Position numbers and translations under genes: made by a program. From contig JAZNQE010000025.1 in NCBI GenBank assembly GCA_045590015.1, positions 57,970-121,969 of the forward strand: a stretch of 64,000 bases of DNA. The letters run 5' to 3'. Origin of the DNA: Candidatus Onthomorpha sp. (GTDB lineage: Bacteria; Bacteroidota; Bacteroidia; Bacteroidales; P3). Positions 28,594-38,244 of this stretch are shown piece after piece (the first letter of the stretch is position 1; every line of letters starts with the position of its first letter). The notes under the pieces are model-generated. The model ran no database searches. It saw nothing but the letters and a program-made list of their open reading frames with translations, and had not been told where the DNA came from.

Positions 28594-30669
28594 TTATTCG
28601 GTCTTTTTGAAATTTGACAAACCTTCATCCAAGAACTTAACGAAATTCTCGATGTTTCTGTCGTATGATTTAGGTTCTTTTGTCAAAAGATTGCCATCAG
28701 CATCCATCAAAACGTATAAAGGTTGTGCGTTTGCGTTAAACTGTTCTATTTGGAAATTATGGTTTTTCTTTCCAAGCGTTTTAATAGTCTTGCCGTCCTT
28801 TGTTTTAATCCATTCGCTCTCCGGTAGCTCTATGTTGTTTACATCTGCGTAAAGTGCCACCATGACATAATCTTCGTTCAAGCGTTTCTTGACTTGTGGA
28901 TCTACCCACACGTAATTTTCCATTTCACGGCAGTTTGCACAAGTTTTTCCCGTAAAATCTATGAATATAGGCTTACCTACTTGTTTTGCATACGCCTTTG
29001 CTTCCTCCAAATCGAAGAATCCCTCGAATCCTGTCGGTAAATGCAATTCTTTAGCGTATTTTCTGTCGGCAGGCAATGCAGATGTACTTGTTGCAACTGT
29101 TGCATTCTCTGCGTTGATTCTTATCAAGTCGAAATCCTGTGTTGTTTGTGGCGGAATATATCCTGAGATTGCTTTCAACGGAGCACCCCACATACCCGGC
29201 AACATATAGATTACGAATGAGAAAGTTATCAAAGCGAGGAACAAACGCGGAACACCTATCTTCTCTAACGGCTCATCACCTTTGAATCTCAATTTTCCCA
29301 ACAAATAGAATCCCAACATAGCGAACGTAACTATCCATAGAGCGAGGTAAGTCTCTCTGTCCAAAATTCCCCAGCCTGCAGAAAGGTCTGCCATCGACAA
29401 AAACTTCAAGCCTAATGCAATTTCGATGAAACCAAACACTATCTTAACCGTGTTCAACCAAGAACCAGATTTCATATTCTTCAATACCGATGGGAACATC
29501 GCCAACAAAGTGAACGGCAATGCAAATCCGACAGCGAATCCTAACATAGAAATTAAGAAAACAAAGCTATTGCTTGAACCTGACGCCATTTCAATCAAAG
29601 CCGCACCAAGAATCGGACCGGTACATGAGAAAGACACCAAAACGGTTGTCAATGCTATGAAGAAGGTTCCAAGATAACCGCCTTTGTCTGCTTGTTCATC
29701 TGATTTGTTTATTATCTTCGATGAAATGGTTATTTCAAACAATCCAAAGAATGAAAAAGCGAATATCATGAAGATAACAAAGAAGATAAGATTCGGTATC
29801 CAGTGAGTGGAGATTATGTACATCGCATCTTTACCTAAAAGAAGTGTCAAAACAGTTCCTAAAACGGCAAACATAAACACAATACTTGCTCCAAAGAAAT
29901 AAGCTTGCTGTCTTGCTTTTCTTTTTGAGCTGTTACCCTTCATAAAGAACGAAACGGTCATCGGTATCATTGGGAAAACGCAAGGAGTAATCAATGCCAA
30001 CAAACCTGCGGCAAACGACACGAAGAACACACCCCACATCGATTTATCTTTGGTTGCGGCATTCTCTACTTTGGTTTCTGCCTCTTGAACTTGAACAGTT
30101 TCTTCTTTTGTCGCATTTGGTTGAGACTCTGTCAATGTTTCGGTCGCTCCCTCTCCAACAACTGCCACCATTTCTTCCTCGATTGCTACAACAGGTGTCG
30201 CAAAATTAGGGTTTCCTTTCACACTAAAAACATATTCAACTTCATCCGGTGGAATGCAACTGCCTTTTTCGCACAATTGAAAGTAGACACTGCCCTTTAC
30301 TTGGAAGTTTTGTTTTGTTTTTATCTTGATTCGTTGACGGAAAGTAACGTCTTTTTTGAAGTACCTTGCAGTATCTTTTGCGTAAGGATCGTATTCGGCA
30401 ATCGAAGACGGCTCTTTAACGCCACCAATCCTATCATAAGAGTTGTCAGCCTCGAACTTAAATTCGATAGGCAACTCTGTACCTTTAGTTTTCTGAGAAT
30501 AGATATGCCAATCTCCGCTTAGCTTACAATGCAATACCAACTCGGCAACAGAATCATTGATTTTCTTTGTCTTGAAATCCCATTGTGCAGGGCTTTGTGC
30601 AAACAAATTCATTGACGAAAAAAGAATCGTCAAAAGAATCGTAGCACTCATCATTCTAATACATTTCAT
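28594..30669 (-). CDS. dsbD: thiol:disulfide interchange protein DsbD (N-domain, CcdA-like membrane core, thioredoxin domain)
   Basis: Signal peptide, TPCVFPMIP and SCTGPILG membrane Cys motifs, and a C-terminal thioredoxin CANC motif. Confidence 0.85.
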   Translation of the reverse strand: MKCIRMMSATILLTILFSSMNLFAQSPAQWDFKTKKINDSVAELVLHCKLSGDWHIYSQKTKGTELPIEFKFEADNSYDRIGGVKEPSSIAEYDPYAKDTARYFKKDVTFRQRIKIKTKQNFQVKGSVYFQLCEKGSCIPPDEVEYVFSVKGNPNFATPVVAIEEEMVAVVGEGATETLTESQPNATKEETVQVQEAETKVENAATKDKSMWGVFFVSFAAGLLALITPCVFPMIPMTVSFFMKGNSSKRKARQQAYFFGASIVFMFAVLGTVLTLLLGKDAMYIISTHWIPNLIFFVIFMIFAFSFFGLFEITISSKIINKSDEQADKGGYLGTFFIALTTVLVSFSCTGPILGAALIEMASGSSNSFVFLISMLGFAVGFALPFTLLAMFPSVLKNMKSGSWLNTVKIVFGFIEIALGLKFLSMADLSAGWGILDRETYLALWIVTFAMLGFYLLGKLRFKGDEPLEKIGVPRLFLALITFSFVIYMLPGMWGAPLKAISGYIPPQTTQDFDLIRINAENATVATSTSALPADRKYAKELHLPTGFEGFFDLEEAKAYAKQVGKPIFIDFTGKTCANCREMENYVWVDPQVKKRLNEDYVMVALYADVNNIELPESEWIKTKDGKTIKTLGKKNHNFQIEQFNANAQPLYVLMDADGNLLTKEPKSYDRNIENFVKFLDEGLSNFKKTE

Positions 30670-30689
30670 AAAGTTATTATTGTTTTATT

Positions 30690-32015
30690 CTACTTACTTA
30701 ACCACACAGACGGATTCAAGTGATGCGTTCCTTTGAATATCTGGAACTTATATTCACTTACTCCATCTTCGTTTGTATTCACCACACCTATCGTTTGCTT
30801 TGTCGTAACCTTCGTTCCCGTTTTCACACTCACACTCTTAAGGTTGGCATACACCGTCATATATTCTCCATGTCTTATGATAACAACCATACCCGCAGGT
30901 CCTTTTGCCACTCTCGAAACTTCACCCGAGAAAACAGCCCTTATCGCAGAACCTTTTGTCGTACGAATGTCGATACCCTTGTTTTCAATTTGAGTACCCT
31001 TTATCTCAGGATGTGCATGCACGCCATACTGAGAAACAATCACTCCTTGAGATGACGGCCACGGCAATTTACCCTTATTCGTTTCGAATTTGTTTGATAA
31101 AGCCACCTCTTCAGGCGTTGTTGCTATCGTATAATTTTTCTTTTTCGCCGTTTCCATCGCAGCCTTATTTGCAGCGACCTCCTTCTTATCCGCATTCGAA
31201 GACTTGGCCTGTTCATTCATTTTCTTCTTCTTTGCCTCTGCCAATTTTCTTTGCTTTTCCACCTCAGCAGCAATTGCAGCGTCTATCTGTCGTTGCAGTT
31301 TCTTAACCTCATCTTGCTTTTTCTTCAGATTCTGAGCAAGTTGTTTTTCTTTCTTTTGCAAATTTTTGACAGCCTTTTCCTTTTGCTTTTTCTCCTTATT
31401 AAGAGCCTCATTATTCTTTAACTCTTGTTGTAAAAGCGATTGCTGACTGCTGATTTTGGTTTCCAATTCTCCCGTACGCTTCGACAATTCGGCTGTTTTA
31501 TCTTGAATCTGTGCCAACTTCTTTCTTTGCATCTCTCCGAATTGTCTGAAAAAGATATATCTCTGATAAGCTTCTTTATAATCCTTTGCCGAGAATATAA
31601 ACAACAACTTATCGGTTGCGGTTTTGTTTCTTTGAGCATATCTCAACATTTGGGCATAGCTTTCTTTCAGAACCTCGATTTCGTTACATAGCTCGCCTAT
31701 GGATTTTTGAGTGCTTTTGATTTCGTTGTTCAACATACCCATTTGAGATGATATGTTATTGATAAGACGTTGTCGACTTGCGATTTTCTTTTTTAGAATT
31801 TGTAATTCGGACGTCGACATTTTTTTTGTCTTCTTTGTCTCTTTCAAAATGGCATTCATCGATGAGATTTCTTTTTCAAGTTTGGCTTTTTGTTTTTCGA
31901 GTTTATTTCTGTCCTGAGCGTAAACATCGAAAGACGAGGTAACAAAAAAGATTGCAACCAACACAACTGCGAATAATCTCGTCGATACTTTATTACAAAG
32001 CTTTGCCAATAGCAT
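30690..32015 (-). CDS. murein hydrolase activator EnvC-like, coiled-coil + M23 peptidase domain
   Basis: A long Lys/Glu/Gln coiled coil followed by an M23/LytM domain (GIDIRT...VIIRHGEYMTVYANL). Confidence 0.8.
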   Translation of the reverse strand: MLLAKLCNKVSTRLFAVVLVAIFFVTSSFDVYAQDRNKLEKQKAKLEKEISSMNAILKETKKTKKMSTSELQILKKKIASRQRLINNISSQMGMLNNEIKSTQKSIGELCNEIEVLKESYAQMLRYAQRNKTATDKLLFIFSAKDYKEAYQRYIFFRQFGEMQRKKLAQIQDKTAELSKRTGELETKISSQQSLLQQELKNNEALNKEKKQKEKAVKNLQKKEKQLAQNLKKKQDEVKKLQRQIDAAIAAEVEKQRKLAEAKKKKMNEQAKSSNADKKEVAANKAAMETAKKKNYTIATTPEEVALSNKFETNKGKLPWPSSQGVIVSQYGVHAHPEIKGTQIENKGIDIRTTKGSAIRAVFSGEVSRVAKGPAGMVVIIRHGEYMTVYANLKSVSVKTGTKVTTKQTIGVVNTNEDGVSEYKFQIFKGTHHLNPSVWLSK

Positions 32016-32167
32016 TTTTTCGGTTTTTGATTCAGACTACAAAAATACGTTTTTTTGTTGAATTAGCTTACATTCAAACAAACTTTTCAACCGTTCTTTG
32101 ACTCAAAATGCAATCCCTTATCAGCAAAGCACTCAAAACAAGTTCTATGAATCTCAAATATCGACAC

Positions 32168-32302
32168 AAAATGTTTTTGTTTGACAACAAACGACAAACA
32201 GCAGACAACTGATTATTAAAACAAAGATTCAGAAAAATAATTCTTGATTTCGTTCGACTGATTCTTGATTTTATTTTTCTAAAACAAAGAAAGAAAAAAA
32301 CG
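32168..32302. repeat. 21-bp repeat family, locus 6
   Basis: AAAACAAAGATTCAG AAAAATAATTCTTGATTTCGT TCGACTGATTCTTGATTTTAT ... AAAACAAAGAAAGAA. Confidence 0.8.
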
Positions 32303-32377
32303 AAATGAGCGTTCAAATCTGCCAAGGCAAACCGAACGCTCATCGAACTAAATCAAAACAATTTTTAAGTGAATATT

Positions 32378-32420
32378 CAAAAAGAAGGAATCGCCGTATG
32401 CATCACGCATAGAGCGATTC
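32378..32420 (-). terminator. rho-independent terminator after the LRR/T9SS gene
   Basis: GAATCGC...GCGATTC stem with an inner TATGC/GCATA stem, followed on the minus strand by CTTCTTTTT. Confidence 0.6.
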
Positions 32421-32533
32421 AGGTAAAATGATAAGATAAAATTGTTTTTTTATCTTAGGTTTCCGTCATGTACTCACGTAGAAACGGAAACCCGAAAAAG
32501 AATTGTATTAAAAGTATTATGATATAAAAATAC

Positions 32534-34642
32534 TTACTCAACTATTATCTTTTGTGATTTCGCAGCCTTAGCACCTTGAACTTTTACAACGTATGCTCCT
32601 GATGCAACTCCACTCAAAACAAAGTCAGTCTTCTCTGTTTCGAATACTCTTTGACCCAAAGTGTTGTAAACAGTTACTTTTACGTCTTCTTGTGCTGTGA
32701 TTGTGATGTGACGGTTGCTGTTTGTGATTCTTACATCCAATTCTTCCACATCTGCCAAACCGACATTCTTTTTAACCAAAACTTTGAATCTGTCTGCGTT
32801 TTCGCCGCTTGCAATCTCGGTTGTGTACTCAGCTCCTTCGGTCAAATCAACAATTTCTTCGCCGTCGATTATGCTTACAGACAATCCCTCAGGTATATAG
32901 TCTGCTTTGAACTTCACTTCCTTGCCTTCGTAAGAACGAACGTTCATCGTAGCATAATAAGGCAAAGTATTAACTTCTTCTTTCACCAAAGCAATGCCGT
33001 CGGTTAGGAAATATGGCTCTGCTATCTCTGCAGGAGAGAACAATTTGTTCGCATCATAAATATCGTAGCTTTCATTTGCATCATCATTTTGAGCAAACAA
33101 CAATTCAACGCTTCTTTCTCCTTCAAGCATTGCAAGACGTACAAATTCTCTTTCTGTGTTTGCCTTTGAAGAAGGAGTATGTCTTTGAGTTGTGTTGAAA
33201 TATGCAGTTTGACTTCCTGCATTTACAAAGTTTACAAAGAAACCTTCGGTTACGTTTATCACACCGGATTCTGCCACTGTCCAATTTACTCCGTTGTATC
33301 TGTAGCTCACACCACCTTGAATGTTTGCATTGTCTGTCAAGAACTTCGATATATCCAATTTGAATGTGTAAGGATTTGCCAAAGGTAGCCAATAACCGTT
33401 ATTTCCTTGCACAGCCGATTTATTCAATGAGAAATTATCAAAGTTCAATTTAACATCCTCGCCTGCCAAGCCAAGATTGAAGATTATTGATTCGTTACCA
33501 AAAGGCCATGCAAAGAAACTTTCTGCTCTTGAAACATTATCCTCAATTGTTGCCCATTCGCTTGACCATTGTCCATTTTCATAATCAAACAACGAAACGG
33601 CAATATCGGACTCTGTTTCCACAACTGCATTCAAAGAATAGTCGGTGAATGGTGCTCCTATCAATGTCCATTTAGCTTCTCCATTGCTTACAGCCTCAAC
33701 TTCTATGACTCCCAAGTCTGTTTCATTGGTATTGTTTATCAACTCTCCATCTTGTGCAATTCTCAAAACGCCTTCGTTGATCAAAGTTGTGTTTTCATCA
33801 AGAATTAATTCAGAATTTAAAGTTACTTGATGACCTTCTAATATACGGAAAGTTCTTTTTGTTCCTTGAATAGAAGTAACACCCCAAGTAGATGCATCTT
33901 CAAAATTAGCATTTTCTACGTTAGGAGCAGAAGTATAAGTAACATTTAATGTTAAATTATTGTTAGAAAACTCTGCAATAATATCTGAATATGCTTCTAC
34001 ATCTGGAACACTAAGTTCAATAGTTGGATATCCTCCGCCAGCAAAAGAAGGCAATTGGCGAGTTAACTGTTTAAAGGAACAATTTGTTGCACCTCCTGGT
34101 TCATCTCCTGACGGAGGAGCTTTTGAACTATTACAAGATATAAAATCAGGTTGATTATCAGAAAGAAATACAATTTCACGAACACTACCTCCATTAAAAA
34201 TATCTTGTCCTATTTCTGTGATCCCTGTTCCAAAAACAACAGTTTGAGGATTTACGCCATAGAATACTCCATTACCAACATGAGTCATTGTATTAGGCAA
34301 AACAATTGAATTAATGTCATAGTATTGCCCTAGACCTTTAAAAAAACAATAACCATTCGTTACGCCTGCGTCCATAGAACCTAACATTGTTACTGTATAG
34401 TTTTGTCCGCCATGTGTAACAGTGCCTGGAATTACAACATGTTGAGGAAAATTAGTAACCCCTGTTTTTGCTTTTACACTTACATAATGATTAGTAGCGT
34501 CTATAACAGTGTAGGTAAAATATCCAATAGTGAAAGAAGTAGATCCTGAACCAGAATCACCTCCGCTACTTGGTGCTTTTTCTTGTGCTAAGGCTACGTT
34601 TGCAAATAAAACTACAATCAAACTAAAAAACAACTTTTTCAT
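32534..34642 (-). CDS. BspA-type leucine-rich-repeat surface protein with T9SS C-terminal sorting domain
   Basis: Signal peptide, LRR-like segments (VLPNTMTHVGNGVFYG, GITEIGQDIFNG), and the CTD VTVYNTLGQRVFE...GAYVVKVQGAKAAKSQKIIVE. Its ATG overlaps the stop of the upstream ORF (TAATG). Confidence 0.7.
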   Translation of the reverse strand: MKKLFFSLIVVLFANVALAQEKAPSSGGDSGSGSTSFTIGYFTYTVIDATNHYVSVKAKTGVTNFPQHVVIPGTVTHGGQNYTVTMLGSMDAGVTNGYCFFKGLGQYYDINSIVLPNTMTHVGNGVFYGVNPQTVVFGTGITEIGQDIFNGGSVREIVFLSDNQPDFISCNSSKAPPSGDEPGGATNCSFKQLTRQLPSFAGGGYPTIELSVPDVEAYSDIIAEFSNNNLTLNVTYTSAPNVENANFEDASTWGVTSIQGTKRTFRILEGHQVTLNSELILDENTTLINEGVLRIAQDGELINNTNETDLGVIEVEAVSNGEAKWTLIGAPFTDYSLNAVVETESDIAVSLFDYENGQWSSEWATIEDNVSRAESFFAWPFGNESIIFNLGLAGEDVKLNFDNFSLNKSAVQGNNGYWLPLANPYTFKLDISKFLTDNANIQGGVSYRYNGVNWTVAESGVINVTEGFFVNFVNAGSQTAYFNTTQRHTPSSKANTEREFVRLAMLEGERSVELLFAQNDDANESYDIYDANKLFSPAEIAEPYFLTDGIALVKEEVNTLPYYATMNVRSYEGKEVKFKADYIPEGLSVSIIDGEEIVDLTEGAEYTTEIASGENADRFKVLVKKNVGLADVEELDVRITNSNRHITITAQEDVKVTVYNTLGQRVFETEKTDFVLSGVASGAYVVKVQGAKAAKSQKIIVE

Positions 34643-34875
34643 TACTCACCTCCTTTTTTAATGTTACGAATAACTGTTGCTCCAACTGCTGCTCCACCTA
34701 AGCCAAGCAACAAAAGCGTTGCAGGTGCAATCGGACTAGTTTCATTATTCGACCTGTGCATACGTTGTGTAGCTTGATTTGTTGGATCGTTTTCCGGTAC
34801 AGGCGGTTGTGCGAAGACTCCGCAAGGTAGCATGAATGCAATTGCCACGATGATTCCTTTAAGTGTTTTTTTCAT
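34642..34875 (-). CDS. 77-aa secreted mini-protein with PEP-CTERM-like C-terminal sorting signal
   Basis: Signal peptide MKKTLKGIIVAIAFMLPCGVFAQ, a 24-aa polar core, then SPIAPATLLLLGLGGAAVGATVIRNIKKGGE (Pro motif + TM helix + basic cluster). Confidence 0.55.
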   Translation of the reverse strand: MKKTLKGIIVAIAFMLPCGVFAQPPVPENDPTNQATQRMHRSNNETSPIAPATLLLLGLGGAAVGATVIRNIKKGGE

Positions 34876-35241
34876 CTTAATTCTTTTTTGTTTTTAATAC
34901 ATTTTTCTTTCTTTGCCCAAGTTCCAAAGGCGATATGTGTTTCTGAAAACCGATTTGAGGGAATAGGAACCCTGACTTAAGGACATAAAAAAGTCGTGGA
35001 ACTTTTGTCTTACCATTGTTTGAGGTTCTGGACTACCTAACTAATCGAATAAGAAAAGCCCACGAAAATCATCGTGAGCGTTTTCAACTTATTCTTTCGA
35101 TTAGTTGTTATGAAATTGTCCAGATTTCAAACAATTAAGTATAAGTAAAAACGCTTTTATATGTTGCAATAAAAATGCTAAGTCTTAATATAATTTATTC
35201 TTTTGTCTCCTTTTGTTTTCTCCTTTCTTTTTATTGGTTTC
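34876..35241 (-). other. long (~365 nt) putative structured 5' leader of the mini-protein/LRR operon
   Basis: Lies between a strong TTTG-N19-TAtcTTTG promoter and the ATG at 34875. Contains a compound hairpin at 35039..35106 (AACTAATCGAA/TTCGATTAGTT outer stem, GCTCACGA/TCGTGGGC inner stem). Confidence 0.4.
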
Positions 35242-35247
35242 TGCCGG

Positions 35248-35278
35248 CAAAGATACGCATTTTCCTTTTACCTGCAAA
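35248..35278 (-). promoter_or_regulatory. full promoter TTTG-N19-TAtcTTTG for the mini-protein/LRR operon
   Basis: On the plus strand, CAAAGATA at 35248-35255 and CAAA at 35275-35278, with a 19-nt spacer. Confidence 0.55.
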
Positions 35279-35419
35279 TAATTCACTCTCAAAAATACGA
35301 AAATCACAGAGATAAGTCCGCAGATCCAACACATCGACAAGGTTGTTTTTCACTTGACAACCGATGAGAGACAACAGATAACAAGAAGCTGAAAACAAGA
35401 AAAATAGAACACTCGTGTA

Positions 35420-35532
35420 AATCCAAGAAAGACAAAGAAAAGTTTACCGAAAACAAAACAAAGATTCAGAAAAATGATTCTTGATTTCAGGAAATTAAAA
35501 CAAAGATTCGGAAAATTGTTTCTTGATTTCGT
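35420..35532. repeat. 21-bp repeat family, locus 7 (alternating reverse/forward units)
   Basis: AAAACAAAGATTCAG AAAAATGATTCTTGATTTCAG GAAATTAAAACAAAGATTCGG AAAATTGTTTCTTGATTTCGT. Confidence 0.85.
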
Positions 35533-35599
35533 CAAAAGGGGTATTTACGCCGATTCAACGGACTGAAACCGTGTTTTGCGTATGCAGGCAATTCAAAAT

Positions 35600-36586
35600 T
35601 TACAGTCCTATTTTGGAAGAAAGTTTTTTGCTTATCTTTCGGAATATCTGTATAATGACTATCGAAAGCAAAAGGACAAGCGACAGTTTCAAAATCCACG
35701 GCATCGCATTCCATTGATTTGGGAGAGTCGCTCCGAATATAAATATAAAATAACAATGTATGAGGTAAATTCCAAAGCTGATTCGTCCTATGTAATTAAG
35801 CATTCGTTCTACCGAGGTTTTGCCTTGCAGAAGATTTTCAAGTTTTGAGCTGAATGCTATTGCGATTATTCCAAACGAATAGAGGAATGATGATGGTTTT
35901 ATGCCGACTCCGCCGCTGCCGATGGAGATGTAGTATTTTGATTCAAGATATGAAAGCAACAATCCGCAAAGTGTCATAATTACATAGGGATATAATTTGT
36001 GGTTTCTTTGCTTTTGCTTTCCCAGATAAACTCCATAGGCAAAGAAAACGGTCCATAGCGGAAACAGACCTGCATATCTGACAAGCGGAATGCTACGTTG
36101 CTGAATCTGCGTAAGATAAGCTACGATTGCTATGCTGACAAGTGATACTGTTGCATTGATAAGAAGGTGCTTTTTGTTCATTTTATGGTAATAAGGCAAC
36201 AAAGCATAGTATTGCATTATCAAAAGAATGAAATAGTATATGGAAAATCCGCAAAAGAATAGGTTTACAACTCCATCTTTTATGCTTCCACCTTGAGATA
36301 AGGACAAAATAAGATAGGGTATCGACCAAACAAGGCAAGGGATATAGACTTTGGGGATTTGTTTTGAAAGAAAAGTTTTGTATTTTGTTGTATCGGAAAC
36401 GTCTTTCTTTGCCATAAAGAATCCACTGCAGGCAAGGAATAAAGGGACGGCACAATTGAGTATCTGTATTACAAACAAAGAAAAATCACTTTCTGTTTTG
36501 AAAGTGTGTATTCCAACAACCATTATTATGGCGACTCCTCTGAGTAACTCAAAATACGGATTCCTTTCAGTCGTTCTTTTTATCAT
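35600..36586 (-). CDS. acyltransferase family 3 (O-acyltransferase) membrane protein
   Basis: RNPYFELLRGVAIIMVVGIHT motif and about 10 TM segments. Start set at MIKRTTERN (Met36 by arithmetic) because the longer ORF begins inside a repeat array. Confidence 0.7.
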   Translation of the reverse strand: MIKRTTERNPYFELLRGVAIIMVVGIHTFKTESDFSLFVIQILNCAVPLFLACSGFFMAKKDVSDTTKYKTFLSKQIPKVYIPCLVWSIPYLILSLSQGGSIKDGVVNLFFCGFSIYYFILLIMQYYALLPYYHKMNKKHLLINATVSLVSIAIVAYLTQIQQRSIPLVRYAGLFPLWTVFFAYGVYLGKQKQRNHKLYPYVIMTLCGLLLSYLESKYYISIGSGGVGIKPSSFLYSFGIIAIAFSSKLENLLQGKTSVERMLNYIGRISFGIYLIHCYFIFIFGATLPNQWNAMPWILKLSLVLLLSIVIIQIFRKISKKLSSKIGL

Positions 36587-36660
36587 AAAATCAAATCTAA
36601 ACTTTTGAAAAACAAAGATACGAAAATATGATATTCTATCAAATAGCCCCCTCGTCTTTC

Positions 36661-36733
36661 TTCGTTTTAATTCTCTGAAATCAAATTTCAATTTTCTAAA
36701 ACGAAGATTCAGAAAATTGATTCTTTGTTCCGT
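36661..36733. repeat. 21-bp repeat family, locus 8
   Basis: CTGAAATCAAATTTC ... AAAACGAAGATTCAG AAAATTGATTCTTTGTTCCGT. Coordinates are approximate. Confidence 0.65.
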
Positions 36734-36837
36734 TAGTGCGAACCACCGTTTGGATTTACTATATTCAAAAAAGAAAAGTCCGTTGCTTTTTTCGCAACGG
36801 ACTTTATTGATATATGCTTAGTCTGATTCTTTAATTC

Positions 36838-37389
36838 TTAAAGCACATTTACACCTTCAACCAATTCTTTTCCTTTTGCAACTGCATCAAGGTTGGTTGG
36901 TATCAATTTATGGTGTCTTTCAGGAAGTGAATGTTTCAATCCTTCTTCGATATACTGCTCTGTAACAACCGGTTTTATCTTCAAGAATCCACCAAGTACC
37001 ATCATGTTGAATACTTTTGCCATTCCCATTTCAACACTCTTTTCTGTTGCAGGGATTTTGTAAACATTGATGTCTTTTCTTGTTGGAGGGTTGATGATTC
37101 CGTTTGGATCGTATATCAACAATCCACCTGGTTTTACACTGTTTTCAAATTTGTCCAATGATTGTTGGTTAAGTATGATTGCGGTATCAAATTGGCTGAT
37201 GATTGGTGAAGATATTCTTTCGTCAGATATGATAACTGATACGTTTGCTGTACCTCCACGCATTTCAGGACCGTATGATGGCATCCAACTTACTTCTTTT
37301 CCTTGCATCGCTCCTGAGTAAGCAAGTATTTTACCCATAGATAAAACTCCTTGTCCTCCGAAACCTGCGATTATTATTTCTTCTGTCAT
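36838..37389 (-). CDS. korC: 2-oxoacid:ferredoxin oxidoreductase, gamma subunit
   Basis: IIAGFGGQGVLSMGKILA...MRGGTANVSV is typical of the gamma subunit. Confidence 0.8.
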   Translation of the reverse strand: MTEEIIIAGFGGQGVLSMGKILAYSGAMQGKEVSWMPSYGPEMRGGTANVSVIISDERISSPIISQFDTAIILNQQSLDKFENSVKPGGLLIYDPNGIINPPTRKDINVYKIPATEKSVEMGMAKVFNMMVLGGFLKIKPVVTEQYIEEGLKHSLPERHHKLIPTNLDAVAKGKELVEGVNVL

Positions 37390-37412
37390 TGTTGTATGTT
37401 TTTTATATGGGT

Positions 37413-38240
37413 TTATTTTACAGATACCAACTCTCTGATTACCTTACTGTCTTCAGGGTTGTATTGTCTTACTATTTCACCTTCTAATTTTATGTCACCC
37501 AATACATATTTAGGGAACATGTTTTGACGCATCCACTCGTTAGCTTGTACAGGGGTCATCTTCCATCCTGAGTTACATGTTGATACGAACTCGATGAATT
37601 GTGTTCCTTTTTTAGCTGCTTGGTTTTCGAACGCCTTTCTAACTGCTGCTTTTGCCTTTCTGACATCTGCAGGTGTGGATGCACTTTGACGAGTTACATA
37701 ATACGTTCCAGGAAGTTGTGCCACCAACTCTGTGATTTGTAATGGCCAACCGTTTAAGTCCACTCTACGTCCGTAAGGTGTGGTTGCAGATGGCATACCT
37801 ACCAATGTAGTCGGTGCCATTTGTCCTCCGGTCATACCATATATCGCATTGTTCACAAAGAATATGATGATATTTTCTCCACGGTTGCAAGCGTGAATTG
37901 TTTCTGCAGTACCAATCGCCGCCAAGTCGCCATCACCTTGATAAGTGAAAGTATGGTGCTCCGGATGTAGTCTTTGGATTGCTGATGCAAGGGCAGGTGC
38001 TCTACCGTGTGCAGCTTCTACAAAATCTACATTAAAATAATTGTACGCCAATACTGAACATCCAACAGGTGCAATACCGATTGCTTTGTCTTGGATGCCC
38101 ATTTCTTCTATAACCTCTGCTATTATTCTGTGAATTGTTCCGTGAGGACATCCAGGACAATAGTGCATAACTGCATCGGTAAGAACATCTGTTTTTTTGT
38201 AAACAAGATTCTCTGGTTTTACTATTTCTTCGTTAAACAT
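37413..38240 (-). CDS. korB: 2-oxoacid:ferredoxin oxidoreductase, beta (TPP-binding) subunit
   Basis: YCPGCPHG, GDGD, NNAIYGMTGGQ TPP motifs. Confidence 0.8.
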   Translation of the reverse strand: MFNEEIVKPENLVYKKTDVLTDAVMHYCPGCPHGTIHRIIAEVIEEMGIQDKAIGIAPVGCSVLAYNYFNVDFVEAAHGRAPALASAIQRLHPEHHTFTYQGDGDLAAIGTAETIHACNRGENIIIFFVNNAIYGMTGGQMAPTTLVGMPSATTPYGRRVDLNGWPLQITELVAQLPGTYYVTRQSASTPADVRKAKAAVRKAFENQAAKKGTQFIEFVSTCNSGWKMTPVQANEWMRQNMFPKYVLGDIKLEGEIVRQYNPEDSKVIRELVSVK

Positions 38241-38244
38241 AATC

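Noticed and set aside
27709-28617. 302-aa plus-strand ORF, the longest unannotated ORF in the track
   Set aside because: It begins in the tail of the FemAB-like gene, reads through repeat locus 5 (FLDFRKIKQRISKLFLCFSKLKQ), and then runs antisense to the well-supported DEDDh exonuclease gene. Its composition is low-complexity and Cys/Phe/Ile-rich, so it is judged spurious.
30085-30522. 145-aa plus-strand ORF over dsbD
   Set aside because: It is antisense to DsbD and has no motif.
32074-32343. 89-aa minus-strand ORF between envC-like and the LRR gene
   Set aside because: It consists largely of repeat locus 6 translated (FFFLCFRKIKSRISRTKSRIIFLNLCF).
36587-36691. TTG-initiated N-terminal extension of the acyltransferase ORF
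   Set aside because: It reads through repeat locus 8. Family-3 acyltransferases begin near the RNPYFELLRG motif.
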